Shown: one piece after another, positions 24,669 to 37,188 of the stretch
Layout of the letters: every line of letters starts with the position of its first letter
Position numbering within the stretch: position 1 is the first letter of the stretch
DNA from: Eledone cirrhosa
Taxonomy: Eukaryota
Assembly (NCBI GenBank): GCA_964016885.1
Contig: OZ024745.1
Coordinates: 120,776,001-120,840,000 of the forward strand
Length of the DNA: 64,000 nucleotides
Direction of reading: 5' to 3'
The notes under the pieces: model-generated
Databases searched by the model: none
The model's input: the letters and a program-made list of their open reading frames with translations, nothing else
Told to the model about the DNA's origin: nothing
Made by a program: the position numbers and the translations under genes

Positions 24669-26778
24669 CTGTTTTATGTCTATTTTCCATGTTGACATTT
24701 GTTTGACAGGTTGTCATGTTCTGAGATTTGACAGGTCAGACAAGCACATCTTGCTCATACATTCCATTATGGTATAGATTCTGTCACTGGATACCCTTCC
24801 TAAAGCTAAACACTTTACAGAGTACTGGGTGCATTTCATCATGGCATCAGCATTTCCACTTAATAGCATGTACTGGGCACAACTTATTAAGTAACCAACA
24901 TTACCGCCTTACAAGGTGAACAAGGGTGATATCGTTCTTGTTTCTGGTATTTTGAACAATTATAAAGAGATGTCCTCATTTCAAGCCATACAGTTCCTCC
25001 CATTAAAGGTTCGATTCCCTACAAATATTTAGATACCACTAAGACATTAACCCTTTAGCAGAATTCTCTCATCTCTTTCTGTTCAAACCGGCTACAACCG
25101 CCCACTCATACTGATATTAAGGTATTGTTCTCAAAATAAATATCAAAATCTCATAGATTTGATATTATATGAGTTAAAGCCTTTTCCATGGAAATACAAT
25201 AGTAAATATAAAGTCATGTAAATGCTAAAGGGTTAAATCACTTTACTGTAAACAATGATATATTTTTAGAAATATTGAGTGGATATGCATTTATTGAAAA
25301 TTTAGAAGCTTCACCTTATTTATTCTTTTTTTACTATGAAAAATAATCTAACAATTTTGGTATAATAATCCCTGAATGGAAAAATTTAACAGTGGTGCCT
25401 ATATTTTGAAAGGGACGTTAGATTATGATATGAACTAAACTTTGAACTAAAGTTACTTTTAAAACAGTGGAATTTAACCAGGGACCTCATGATTGCAAAG
25501 TGAACTTTGTAACCTTTCAGCCGTACATTCAGTCTACTTTGGCACATATAACACTAATGTAAACTTAATCTAGGATTCTAGGAATAACAAATATTATTAT
25601 TTAAATCACCAAGGGTGGTGGATCGGCAGTATTGGTAGAGCGTCAGACACCATGCTTTGCAGCATAGAGTTACAGCCCTTTATGATCAACAATTATTTCA
25701 GTAATGCCAAAAGTAGAAACAATTATTATCATTTAATGTCCACTTTCTCTGCTATCAAGGGTTTGACAGGTCTACATGGACCAAGTCAGTACTGAAATGG
25801 GGCTACTGACCTCCCAGACAGGCTGAGGGGTCTGCATCTTGCTTTTGTAGAGTCACACATTCTATCCAGTGCACAGGAGAAGTTGTCATGTCTTTTGACA
25901 CAAACTGAAGAAGGCACATGGCTTAGTAGTTAGGGTGACTCATGATTGTAAGGTTGTGTGTTCAATTAGCAGACTAAGTGCTGTATTGTGTCCTTGAGCA
26001 AGATACTTTATTCTTACTTTGCTGCAGTTCATGCATCTGTCAAAGTTGTCTCACATTGAATCATACTGAATTTTCTTGGGAGCTATAGGGTGCACGTGTC
26101 TGTGGAATGCTCAGCTACTCACCTATTTACGTGTTCATTTCCTGAGCAGGATGTTCTATTGTTCAAATAACTGGTGACCTGATCTCAAATCGCTAAGGGT
26201 CACAGAGATGACAAAAGAATGGGTCGAATGGAGAGATATTGTGCTGAAAAGGACCAGTCTAACCCATGCAAGTGTGAAAAAAGGACGTGAAAATGATAAT
26301 GATGAGGATTTGTTGTGGTAACCAATGGAGGGAGATCCAACAAGCATATAATAGAAGACAGAAGGATAATACAGGGCAAAAGGATATATATTTAAAGAAA
26401 GGAAGAAGGACAGAAAAAGAAATAAGTCAGATAAAGAATAAGAATGCCATTGTGAAAATTGCAAATGTAAAAAGTGTTGTGTCTGTTCTGATATTAAATG
26501 TTAAATGGCTACTGATAACAATTTCAGATATGGAGCAGCTAATACAATGATGGTATTATTTGACATAAGTCCTTGGATTCTAGTTGCTCACTAAATAACA
26601 GCACAATGGTAATGGATTTCTGGGCTAAAATTACTAACACTAGATAATGTCTTATTACCAACACAAGGAACAATAAACTACACAAACTTTTGAACAACAT
26701 GTAGACATACATATTATCTGACTTTTTGGAGCTTTTCTAGTCTTAAATGGCTATAATGGGCTACAGGGGCAATGACAG

Positions 26779-26838
<60 letters not shown>

Positions 26839-26894
26839 AAATAATTAAGTCAATTAGGTAAAATTTGGCTTCGTTTATTATAAATTATAGATAT

Positions 26895-26949
26895 ACTGCT
26901 ATATATATTTCGGTGACAGCCATCATTGGCTGTGACCTCTTCAGGCAGT
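26895..26949 (-). ncRNA. Minimal type I hammerhead ribozyme
   Basis: ACUGC-CUGAAGA-GGUCACAGCCA(AUGA)UGGCUGUCACC-GAAA-UAUAUA-UA-GCAGU; full catalytic core. Confidence 0.85.
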
Positions 26950-27849
26950 CCGAATTGGTGTGGGAAAGACAGGTACACATGTTGTTGAAGTGTGTTTTAC
27001 TCCATCAATACTCTGATATGTCCAGCGCCTGGTTGTGTTGTTATTTCTCTGAGGAACTGGAATCATATGAATTAGAACAAACGAATTTCGGCGTCATAGG
27101 AAACTCTCTCATCCCATTGATCAGTTGTGAAAACATTCCTCAGTCAAAAGTCTATAGAATTTTTCTGAAGCAAGACAATCTGTTGTAGTTGTTTTTGTTT
27201 AAGTACAGCTGACCTCCTCCATTGTGTTGGTAGTGGTAGTGGTGTTAAGGGGTCAGCTGGCAGGTCAGCTTTGGTTTGCTGCTGCTATGTTCAGAAGAAT
27301 TTGTGTGGGGGTTGGCATCTATCCTGCCACCATTTCACATGGTGGGGGGTGTCAAACAAATCAAAAAAATAAAATCCGTGTGTGTTATAACCAATATCAA
27401 AATTTGAAAGATTTGGAAAGTATTGACTAAAGTAGAAAACCTGTGTCAGAATTGAGAAGTGTAAAGAATTACAATTCTTACACTATCATCGGGTGGTGCA
27501 TTTTAAGAGCAACTGAGACAAAACTGGAGTGTAAAACATCAAAACCTGAGTGTCAAAATCCGGAAATGCAAAGGACTACAGTTCCTATTTCGGCATAAAG
27601 TACATATGCGCGTATGTCAACGCACATCGTTGCAAGCACACACACACAAACACAGGCTCAGGTGTATCCCATATGTATATATATATTCACATACATATAT
27701 ATACACACACACACATACATGCAAGTATCTATGTATGTATAATTTTAAACAACAGTATCTATGTATGGACATATATATAAGTATGTGTTGCCATAGGAGT
27801 CGATCGAGGCAGGAATAGGGGTGGTGAGTGTGTAGGGGGGTGGTTTACC

Positions 27850-28925
27850 TTAAGCTCGGTGTGGCAGGGCTACTGTCCTTATAGCTTGAGGGAAGTTCCC
27901 ATTGCAATTTTTTGTTATTGTCCATATAGCAGTCCTGAGGTTTATTAGGCTGCTTCCACCGCTGAGTATCTCGAGGGTCTCGCTCAGACATAGTTTGCAG
28001 ATGCCAGATCCCCCTCTATCAGGTGGTACTTTCCTGATTTTGGACCAGGAGGAAGAGCCCAACCAGGTCCGTTACCTGTGCGGAGTCGCTGGAGCCCATT
28101 GTAATGTCAAAGTTATTTGGCCAATCACTCCTGGTCCAAAGGTCCCCACTGAAACGGATCAAGGTCTTTCGGGCAGCATGGATGATGCCCACCTCCTCGC
28201 GGGTTAAGTCGGGATTGGACATCGCTAAAATAAGAGCCTTATTAAGCACTATGGGCGAGATTGAGGAGTAGTAGCCAGAAATATCCAGTTGGATAAAGCT
28301 GGTCCTAATTTTCTCAGGTAATATCGTAAACCATTCTATTACCTCTCCTGTGCATGACCATTGCTGTAATCTAGTTTTTTTCTGAAGCTTAGGCAAAATC
28401 CTATCTAGTATGCTTTTACTGACGATCCCTAAGTCCGATCTGGAGGGGGCTATTAGTCTAACCAGGAGGGCGGACTCAAAGTTTGGCTTGTGATCTTTAA
28501 AGGTAATCCTCGGTTCCCTTGGCTGGTGTGGGGCCGTCCTATCCTCTATGCCGAGTCCGGATATTATCCTGTAAACTGTGGCGTTGATCTCATCCAGGGT
28601 AACTCCAGGTGTTTTTTTGTAGCACTTCCTCAGTTCCCTGAGAATTAGCTTATTATACAGTTCCATGTCCATGCTGTAGAGGTTGTTGGTTTTATCGGCA
28701 TGGACAAGTATTCCAGTTGTCTTTTTAAGTTTGGTAATCCCGTTTCCCAGGTGTCTGAGGTACTCCCGACTCCTGGGTGGATTCCCGGTGAATTTGAGGT
28801 TGGAGATAATGTTAATCATCTCGTTTTCGAACTCATCCATTAGCCTGTTGTGGGGAGGGTTCCTCCTTGATCTAAAAAGGTACTCCATGTTTTGGGTGTT
28901 GGTAATTTTAGGCGTTCCTCTTTCA
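27850..28925 (-). mobile_element. Second Naiad-type Penelope element, internally deleted
   Basis: ADKTNNLY, ITFKDHKPNF, VRLIAPSRSDLG, FIQLDISGYYSSI, FDITMGSSDSAQVTDLVGL, joined directly to the terminal CKLCLSE motif. Confidence 0.85.
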
Positions 28926-29399
28926 AAGTGGAACGCCCTCCGTACTTGGGGAGGGTCATATTGTTTAATAATATTGCCAGAAATAATAACAGAACACACT
29001 CACTGTTTGGTTGGTTTTCGCTTCTGTATATCTTTTATATCTCCACAGTTAATTCATTCGGTCCTCAATGTTTACCATTGACTGACCAATGGTCAAAAAT
29101 ACAGATATAATATAGATATAAACACATATATATAGTCTAACAAAGTTCCTTCGTTGCACATCTGCAACATCATCAGTGGTACTATTATGTTCCTCCTGTT
29201 GTATATATATATATATATATATATGAGTGCGTGTGTGTGTGTGTGCGTGGGAGAGGTGTAGGTATGTATGTTGTGTGTGTGTGTGTATGTATGTAAGTTT
29301 GTATGCATGTATGTATGTATACATGTATGTATACATGCATGTATGTATGTATGTATGTATGTAAGTTTGTATGTATGTAAGTTTGTATGTATGTATGTT

Positions 29400-30709
29400 T
29401 GTATGATTTCACAAATTTTTACCAATAGAGAAAGAGTCGGTTTCTAACATAGATACAAGACTCTGTCATCGGAATTTACACAACATCAACTAGGTAGATA
29501 TGTGTGCATGTCTACATGCATGTGTGTGTAGATATGGATGTTATTGTATGTGTGGATGTGTATGTTTTGAGTTGTATGTGTGCATGTGCATATGCTTTGA
29601 ATCTGTACATGTGTATATGCAGTTATTAGATGCAAAATTTTTGGAATGTTTTACATATTTTTACTGTTTTATTAATGGATTGTGCTTGTAATTTCCTAAT
29701 TTGTTGTGTTCTTTCTGTTTCTGTGAAGACCAGCTTCTCAAGATTTGTATTGAGGCAGTTACGAACATATCCCAGTGCCCCAATAATCACAGGCATAAAT
29801 CTGAAGGTGTAATCAGGGTGGAGTATCTGCAGATTTCTCATCAGTTCTGCATAAATATTCTCCTTTTTGCTAATCTTTGATATTATATTGGCATCTGCTG
29901 GGCAGCTAACTTCCACTACTGTGCATGCCTTCTTTTCCCTGTCCCATATCATTATATCTGGTCAGTTATGCCTGCATTTTATTGGGGTTTTTACTGGAAC
30001 ATTCCACCAGTACTCTTTCATATTATATATATGTATGTCTTCCACATTACTGTAGCTTTTAATGTGTTTATTATCGGGGCTATCTTATCTATCTCTTTTG
30101 TGAATCAGGTATTTTGTGTTGATTTGCTGTTCTTGGATTGCAAAAGCGTATCCGTCAAAGTGGGAGCCAATATAGCGGTTATTGGTCCAAGATAGACTAC
30201 TTTGTTTTACTCTCACTCTGGAGCTTCCTGGCAACATATCCATGCATGATTTTTTGCTGATAAGCATGCAGTTTTTCATCCATGGATTCACTGCGATACT
30301 GCTGAGCGACATCCTTGGGTGTGAGTTTTTGATTATCATACAGGGAATATCTCTCGAGGAGTTCCTTCCCAACTCTCATGATCTTATCTGTTTCATGCAG
30401 ATAGACTTGCTCGAGATACGGGCTCCTACGCTTCGAGGTTCGTAAATGTTGCCGGAGAGATATCATGCGACATTCAAATGCTGTCTGGACTGATGTTCGG
30501 CCTCTGCCTCCCTTCTTACGTTTCAAGTAAAGGCGGTCTATGTCACTGTTGATTTGGAAGTTTCCGGTGTTGTTTAGTATTTTTCGAGTTCTAACACCAA
30601 TTGCTTGGATTTCGTCTATCGTCCAATTGATTATTCCAAACGCTGGTGTTAGGACAGGCACAGCAAACACATTGTGAGCCACTGTTTTATTGTCCACGGA
30701 GAGTTCCAA
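29400..30709 (-). mobile_element. R4/Dong-like LINE 3' fragment with restriction-like endonuclease
   Basis: DIDRLYLKRKKGGRG; PDIMIWDREKKACTVVEVSCP...PVIIGALG; frameshifted. Confidence 0.85.
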
Positions 30710-31203
30710 TATGTATGTATGTATGCATGTAAGTAAGTAACTATGTATTTATGTATGTAAGTTTGTATGCATGTAAGTATGTATGTATGTATATATGTAT
30801 GTGTGTATGTATGTATGAATGTATGTATATATGTATGAATGTATGTATGTATATATGTATGCATGTATGTATGTATGTATGAATGTATGTATATATGTAT
30901 GAATGTATGTATGTATATATGTATGCATGTATGTATGTATATATGTATGCATGTAAGTATGTATGTATGAATGTATGTATATATGTATGAATGTATGTAT
31001 GTATATATGTATGCATGTATGTATGTATATATGTATGCATGTAAGCATGTATGTATGAATGTATGTATATATGTATGCATATATGTATGTATATATGTAT
31101 GCATGCATGTATATATGTATGCATGTAAGTATATATGTATGTATGCATGAATGTATGTATATATATATGTATGTATATATGTGTGAATGTATGTATGTAT
31201 ATG
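30710..31203. repeat. Degenerate (TATG)n microsatellite
   Basis: Direct observation; similar tracts at 29262-29404 and 31642-31892. Confidence 0.95.
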
Positions 31204-31641
31204 TTATCTCTTTCTCTTAATTTTGAGTATATTTTTTTGACCGGCCACCTTCCTGGTGGCAAGGTTGTGAAAGAAAAGAAATTTTCATCCCTTGAATCGC
31301 AAGAATGTTTTGCAAATTTTGCAAATTTTGAAGGTGCCAGCTATCACAGCCATTTGTAGACTATGAATTAGGGAGCTGCACTCTTTGTCCGCAAATCCAA
31401 GTTCAGTCATACTTTGGTTCAAGCGAGTTGGTATATAACCCGTAGCTCCAATAATGATGGGTATGAAGCTAAAGGTGTATCTTGGATACTGGATTTGTAA
31501 ACTCCTCATCAATGGTCCGTAGATGTCCTCCTTCTCCTGTATTTTACTGACAACGTTTACATCAAGTGGGCAGCTGATCTCCACAACAGAACACGTTTTC
31601 AATGTGTGGTCCCAAACAACAATATCAGGCCGGTTGTGCTT
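31204..31641 (-). mobile_element. Second R4/Dong-like endonuclease 3' fragment
   Basis: KHNRPDIVVWDHTLKTCSVVEISCPLD...PIIIGATG. Confidence 0.85.
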
Positions 31642-32275
31642 TATATATGTATGCATGTAAGTATGTATGAATGTATGTATGCATGTAAGTATGTATGTAT
31701 GCATGAATGTATGTATATATGTATGTATATATGTATGAATGTATGTATGTATATATATGTATGCATGTATGTATATATGTATGCATGTAAGTATGTATGT
31801 ATGTATGCATGTAAGTATATATGTATGTATTAATGTATGTATGTATATATGTATGCATGTAAGTATGTATGTGCATATGTCTGTGTATGTATAGGCAGAC
31901 AAACATATAATTCTATTGCCTGAAGGATGACATACAACAATAAACTCTAAGTAGAAATAGAAGGAATTTTCAGCTTTAAACAAATAAATAAGCTGCATCA
32001 CATGTATCGAGAAGTTTTGACCTATTTGCATAACCAAATTATAATCATCATCATTATCATCACAAGTTTTATGTCTATTTTCCAATGTTGACATAAGTTA
32101 GATGAAACATTTTACAAGCAGAATTCTATGGCTAGATGCCCACCTTGAGGTAGGGGATTTTTCACAAGTCTAACTACTGAGCAGCAGGATTTCTGTTTAT
32201 GTGGAACATAAACAATTATCACCAAATGTCAAATGTGAAAAGAAGATAATTAGAAGAGACAAACACACAGACATA

Positions 32276-32316
<41 letters not shown>

Positions 32317-32496
32317 CATCATCCTCATCATCATTGTTTAACGTCCATCTTCCATGCTAAAGGTCACTATTTTGATGCCTTTTGTTTTCTGGAGGTATGG
32401 TCAGATTTGGGCCTTGAAATCTTGAGTAGCGCTTTTGTTCCGTGTATGAACATAAATAAATAATATAATATAATACATCTATATATATATATATAT

Positions 32497-32527
<31 letters not shown>

Positions 32528-32940
32528 ATCACCATCATTATCATTGAACATCCATTTTCCATGCTGGCATGGGTTAGACAGGTTATCCCATTATGAGAAG
32601 AGTTAGTTGTGTTCATAGAGAACTGTTTCTGGCTTGGTTTCTATGGCTACATGCCCTTCCTAATGCCAACCACATTTAAAGCATGGACTGGATGCTTTTT
32701 GTCCTGTCACCAGTAGAACCACTTTACAGGATGAGCTGGATGCTTTTTGTATTGTCACCAACACAACCACTTTACTGGGTGAACTGGGTGCTTTTTGTTG
32801 TGTCACCAACACAACCACTTTACAGGTTGTGCTGTGTGCTTTTTGTTGTGTCACCAGCACAACCACTTTACAGGGTGAGCTGGGTGCTCTTTGGTTTGTC
32901 ACCAACACCACCACTTTACAGGTTGGAGTGTGTGCTTTTG

Positions 32941-33134
32941 TGTATTAATTAGAAGTGACACTAACATAGCATGGTTCATAATAAGATGTATATGTAAGCA
33001 TATATAATATATTTATGTATAATAAACATAAGAGTCTCACAATGAGATTTTTTAAACCTGTGACGTGATCATATGTTTTCATATACACCCCTATTTTGAG
33101 CCACACTATGTTAGTGTCACTTCCAATTAATACA
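32941..33134. mobile_element. Unclassified fold-back MITE
   Basis: TGTATTAATTAGAAGTGACACTAACATAG pairs with CTATGTTAGTGTCACTTCCAATTAATACA; imperfect pairing extends about 60 bp. Confidence 0.7.
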
Positions 33135-36100
33135 TATATATGGCTTGGTTTCTACGAGTGGTCTCTCCTAATGCCAACTATATTGCAGTGTGGACTGGGT
33201 GCTTTTGTCATGTTACCAGCACAACACCTTACAGGATAGACTGGGTAGTTTTTGTCAGGTCACCAGCTATATATAAATATACAAACACACATGGCGTATT
33301 ATTATGGTTGGTAGTTATATAAATTGTAAACAACTTTTCTCATTTGGAACATATTTTCATGGAAGGTGATATATTTGTGGTTGTGACATGATTGTAAATT
33401 GGCTTTTAAGTCAACCAGGTAAGTAGGTCATTTCAATCTCATTTGTTCTTTCTTTTAAGAGCATTATGCAGACATTATACAGTGTCTGTGATATTGAAAT
33501 GAAGGGAAGGGATTGAAGCACAAAAGAAATTAGGAGGAGAGAAAAAAAAACGGAATAAAAGGTCCTATATTATAAAATACTAATAAAATCTTTTAACTAT
33601 TCAGTTTTCTATATAAATAATTAGATTCTGTTTAGTATCTTGTCATAAAACCTTATTTCAAAACAAACATAAAAGTTACTCATACATATAAGTGGGTCTT
33701 GGAAATTTCTATTTATTTATTTAATGATATTTCCTTATTTAATGATATTCCCAGTAATGAATGTTATGTAGTAAAGGTAAACACTTGACGACATGTGTCT
33801 GTAACCCAGTTTCTGTTTTCAGTTAGGCTTATTTCACTTCATTTATGTCCCCAGGAAAATAATAGACTCATAACTTCCTATATTCAGTTAATTTAATATA
33901 AAAGGCCTTTCTTTATACATTGTCAAAATATACCAATATATCATTTTTAATGAACAATGCCTAGTACCCAAATTTGATTTACAGTTGAAATTATTTCATT
34001 TCAATTACTGATAGTGATTTACATGATAACTGCACTCAATATACTGTGTAAAGTGGTTGGTGATAGGAAGGGCATCCAATCAGAAAATATGCCAGAGAAA
34101 GGTTGGATGGACTCTTCAGCTGTGTTAAAGACATGTTAACCTCCCTAGTGCTGGTGCCACATAAAATGCACCCATTGGTGCATGGGAGCATTTTTGTAAG
34201 TGTGATGTGTACCTAACTACATGAGTATACAGTATGGCATAGGAATATGAGCCAGATACAGGTTTCTAACTCATCTGAGAGGTCAGAAGCTCTGCTCTAG
34301 TACTGACTTGGTTTCATCCAACCCTTGCTAGCAGGGAAAATGGATGTTAAATGATGATGATCACTTTAACGTGATTGATAAAAGCATGAGCATCACATAA
34401 TCTCATTAAACCTTTAGTATTTACATTATTCTATATCTACTATTATATTTTCATGGTAAAGGCTTTACCTCGCATCTATGAGATTTTGATATTATTTATT
34501 TTGAGAACAATACTTTAACATCAGTATGAGCGACCGGTTACAGCTGGTTTGAATAGAAAATGGTGAGAGAATTCTGATTGGATACGACCGGTTTAAATAC
34601 TAAAGGGTTAAATGTGGCTAATGTAATAGAGGAGAGGTCAGATCTGAGCAAGTTGACTGTATGGTTATGACTTGTATTTGATTCCCAGTTGTAACAACTC
34701 CACTTTTACATTGCTAATGACCTTTATAAATGTAATTTTACTTCCTCAATAGGTCTGAGGTTTTATTCCTACATTAGAAATCAATATTTCTTTCTAATGG
34801 GGCGGGGGAGGCAGTGTTTTTTCAGATACAGTTGAGCATGAAAGTATTTTTGTCACTTCAAATGTTGCTGGGGTCAATTGTTATCCCTCTAGGGTCAATA
34901 AAATAAGTACTTGTAATTTACTTGAGTTGATTCCTTTAACTATACCCCTGTCCTACAAAAACTAACCTTGTGCCTAAACAAAAGAAAGATTTTCTTCCTA
35001 ATAGAAATGACAAGATTATAGAGATTAAACATTTATTTCTAAACAGTCTTTTCATCTGGTGGTTTCCATATTAAAATGTTACATGTCATAAATAGTGCAA
35101 TAAACACTGTGTGAATGAACTTATTTAGACAACTAGAAGGGAAATTGTAATAATTTTAGTAGGATAGTGTTTATTGTGTTGTTGCTAAGAAGGATATAGA
35201 AATACACAAATTTTAAAAAAATTGGGGGAGGGGGGGGGCTGATCAAGTGTTATATGTTTTTAAAGCTTCACCCCATTTTTGTTGCTGTTATCTATTACGT
35301 ATCGAAAGCAGTCAATTTGGCAGAATTGTTTGTATATTGGGTATTTGTTCTAGGGTCTCTGCTTTTTGAGTTCAAATCCAGCTGAGGCCTACTTTACTTT
35401 TCATCCTTTCAAGTTTGATAAAGAAAGTACCAACCTAGTGTTGATGAAATCCTCTTTCTTCTTAGCTGTCATATCCTCAATATTCCACTGGTTCATTGGA
35501 TGGAGGGTTGAGAAGATGTCTGTGTCTACTCACAACTGCAGGGACACCTAAACTGTTAGTGAAAGCATGGTGATATAATAATAGCAAATCATACACTACA
35601 GCTGTAGTTATTTTTATCCATTAATCTATCAACCTCTTGCTTCCATTATCTATGCTATCTCATAAATCTACATAATGTTTGGGAAAACCTTTGTACAGTT
35701 GAATGCATCTCCTACCCCACTAACCACACTAATCACTCAACTCTAAGAGGGAGGTGACATTGAAATAAAGTAAACTAAGGCAATCAGAAATGGCACAACA
35801 CAAAAGCTGAACTCATGACATGAATACAAAATCTTATCTTCTGACTTAAATTACACATATTTGCATATTCAGAGAAAATGGATGACTAATTTATAGTGTA
35901 CTGGACAATATGTGAAGAGAGCAGGTGTTAATATCAAACATATCATTGGTGTTGTGTTGTGACTGCAGCTTAGACTCTTAGCTTTCAATGAACAGTAAGT
36001 AGATGATACTGAAACTGTATGTTCCTGCTCCTCATACCATCTCTCTACTCCCTGCTGTTCTCACACACTACCTGTGCTCATCTTATAGTGGTAGCAATAA

Positions 36101-37188
36101 CTGAGTATTTTTTTTTTGCATATTTTCCCAAGTTTTTCACTTTTAAACTAACACAAACATACAGATTTTAAAATATTAGTTTCAATAAATGAGTAAAATA
36201 AAGTTGTTTTTTATTGCCAGAATTCCAATGTTTTGTTTAAAGTGAGAGCAAAAAAATAAAATATTTATTTAAGAGATTAAACCAATTTTATAAAGATAAT
36301 ACTGCAAGGTATTTCAGCATGGTTCTATGGAATTGCTAGGTATTTCATTGGTTTGCATTGTGGATTTATATTCCTCCCAAAGAAGTGGTCTCCTATGGGT
36401 AAGCATCTGAAACTAAAGAAAGCCAACAAAACCATGTGATTTAACAAAATTAACAAACAAGTAAATAAATAAATAGGCTTTATGTTAGTTTTGTACGTAT
36501 AGAGTTGTAAGTTCTGATGGAGTCGTATGGGGCACCAGAGTACTATACATTGTGTCTTGGGTATTTTAAACCTAGCAGAGCCCATCCCCTCTCCATGTCT
36601 GAACAGCTGATTTCTTCCAAAGCAGGAGAGAGAGAGAGAGTCTGTGTGCGAAAGAGAGTGATAAAGAGGAAGTGAGAAAGAGATATAGATGAAGAATCAA
36701 CTCCAATACTCGCCTGGTATTTTTTTTATCAACCTCAAAAGGATGAAAGGCAAAGTGGACTTTGGTGAAGAGTTTTGAACTCACAAATTATTTTATCTGA
36801 CTTTCTAATGGTTTGGTCAATTTGCCAACTATTATGTTAGCTTTACATATTTGAAAATGTTTTAACCCTTTAGCATTTAAACCGGCCATATCTGGCCAAA
36901 ACTCTCTCACCTCTTTCTGTTCAAACCGGCTGTAACTGGTCACTTATACTTACATTAAGGTATTGTTCTCAAAATAAATAATATCAAAATCTTGTAGATT
37001 TTATAATACGTGAGATAATTATGTAAGATAAAGCCTTTACCGTGAAAATACAATAGTAAATATAAAGTAATGCAAACGTTAAAGGGTTAATGTAAAACAT
37101 TACAGCCATGTTAGAGAGGAAGAATGAATAGGATTTAAACAACTTCATGGGATTGATTATTTGACAGATAATTCATTAACACTTTACC

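Noticed and set aside
24173-24717. Poly-Met and poly-Ile ORFs
   Set aside because: Trinucleotide repeat artefacts
30649-32094. His/Thr/Tyr/Ile-rich ORFs and an apparent fusion to an endonuclease
   Set aside because: (CATA)n microsatellite read in frame with a LINE fragment
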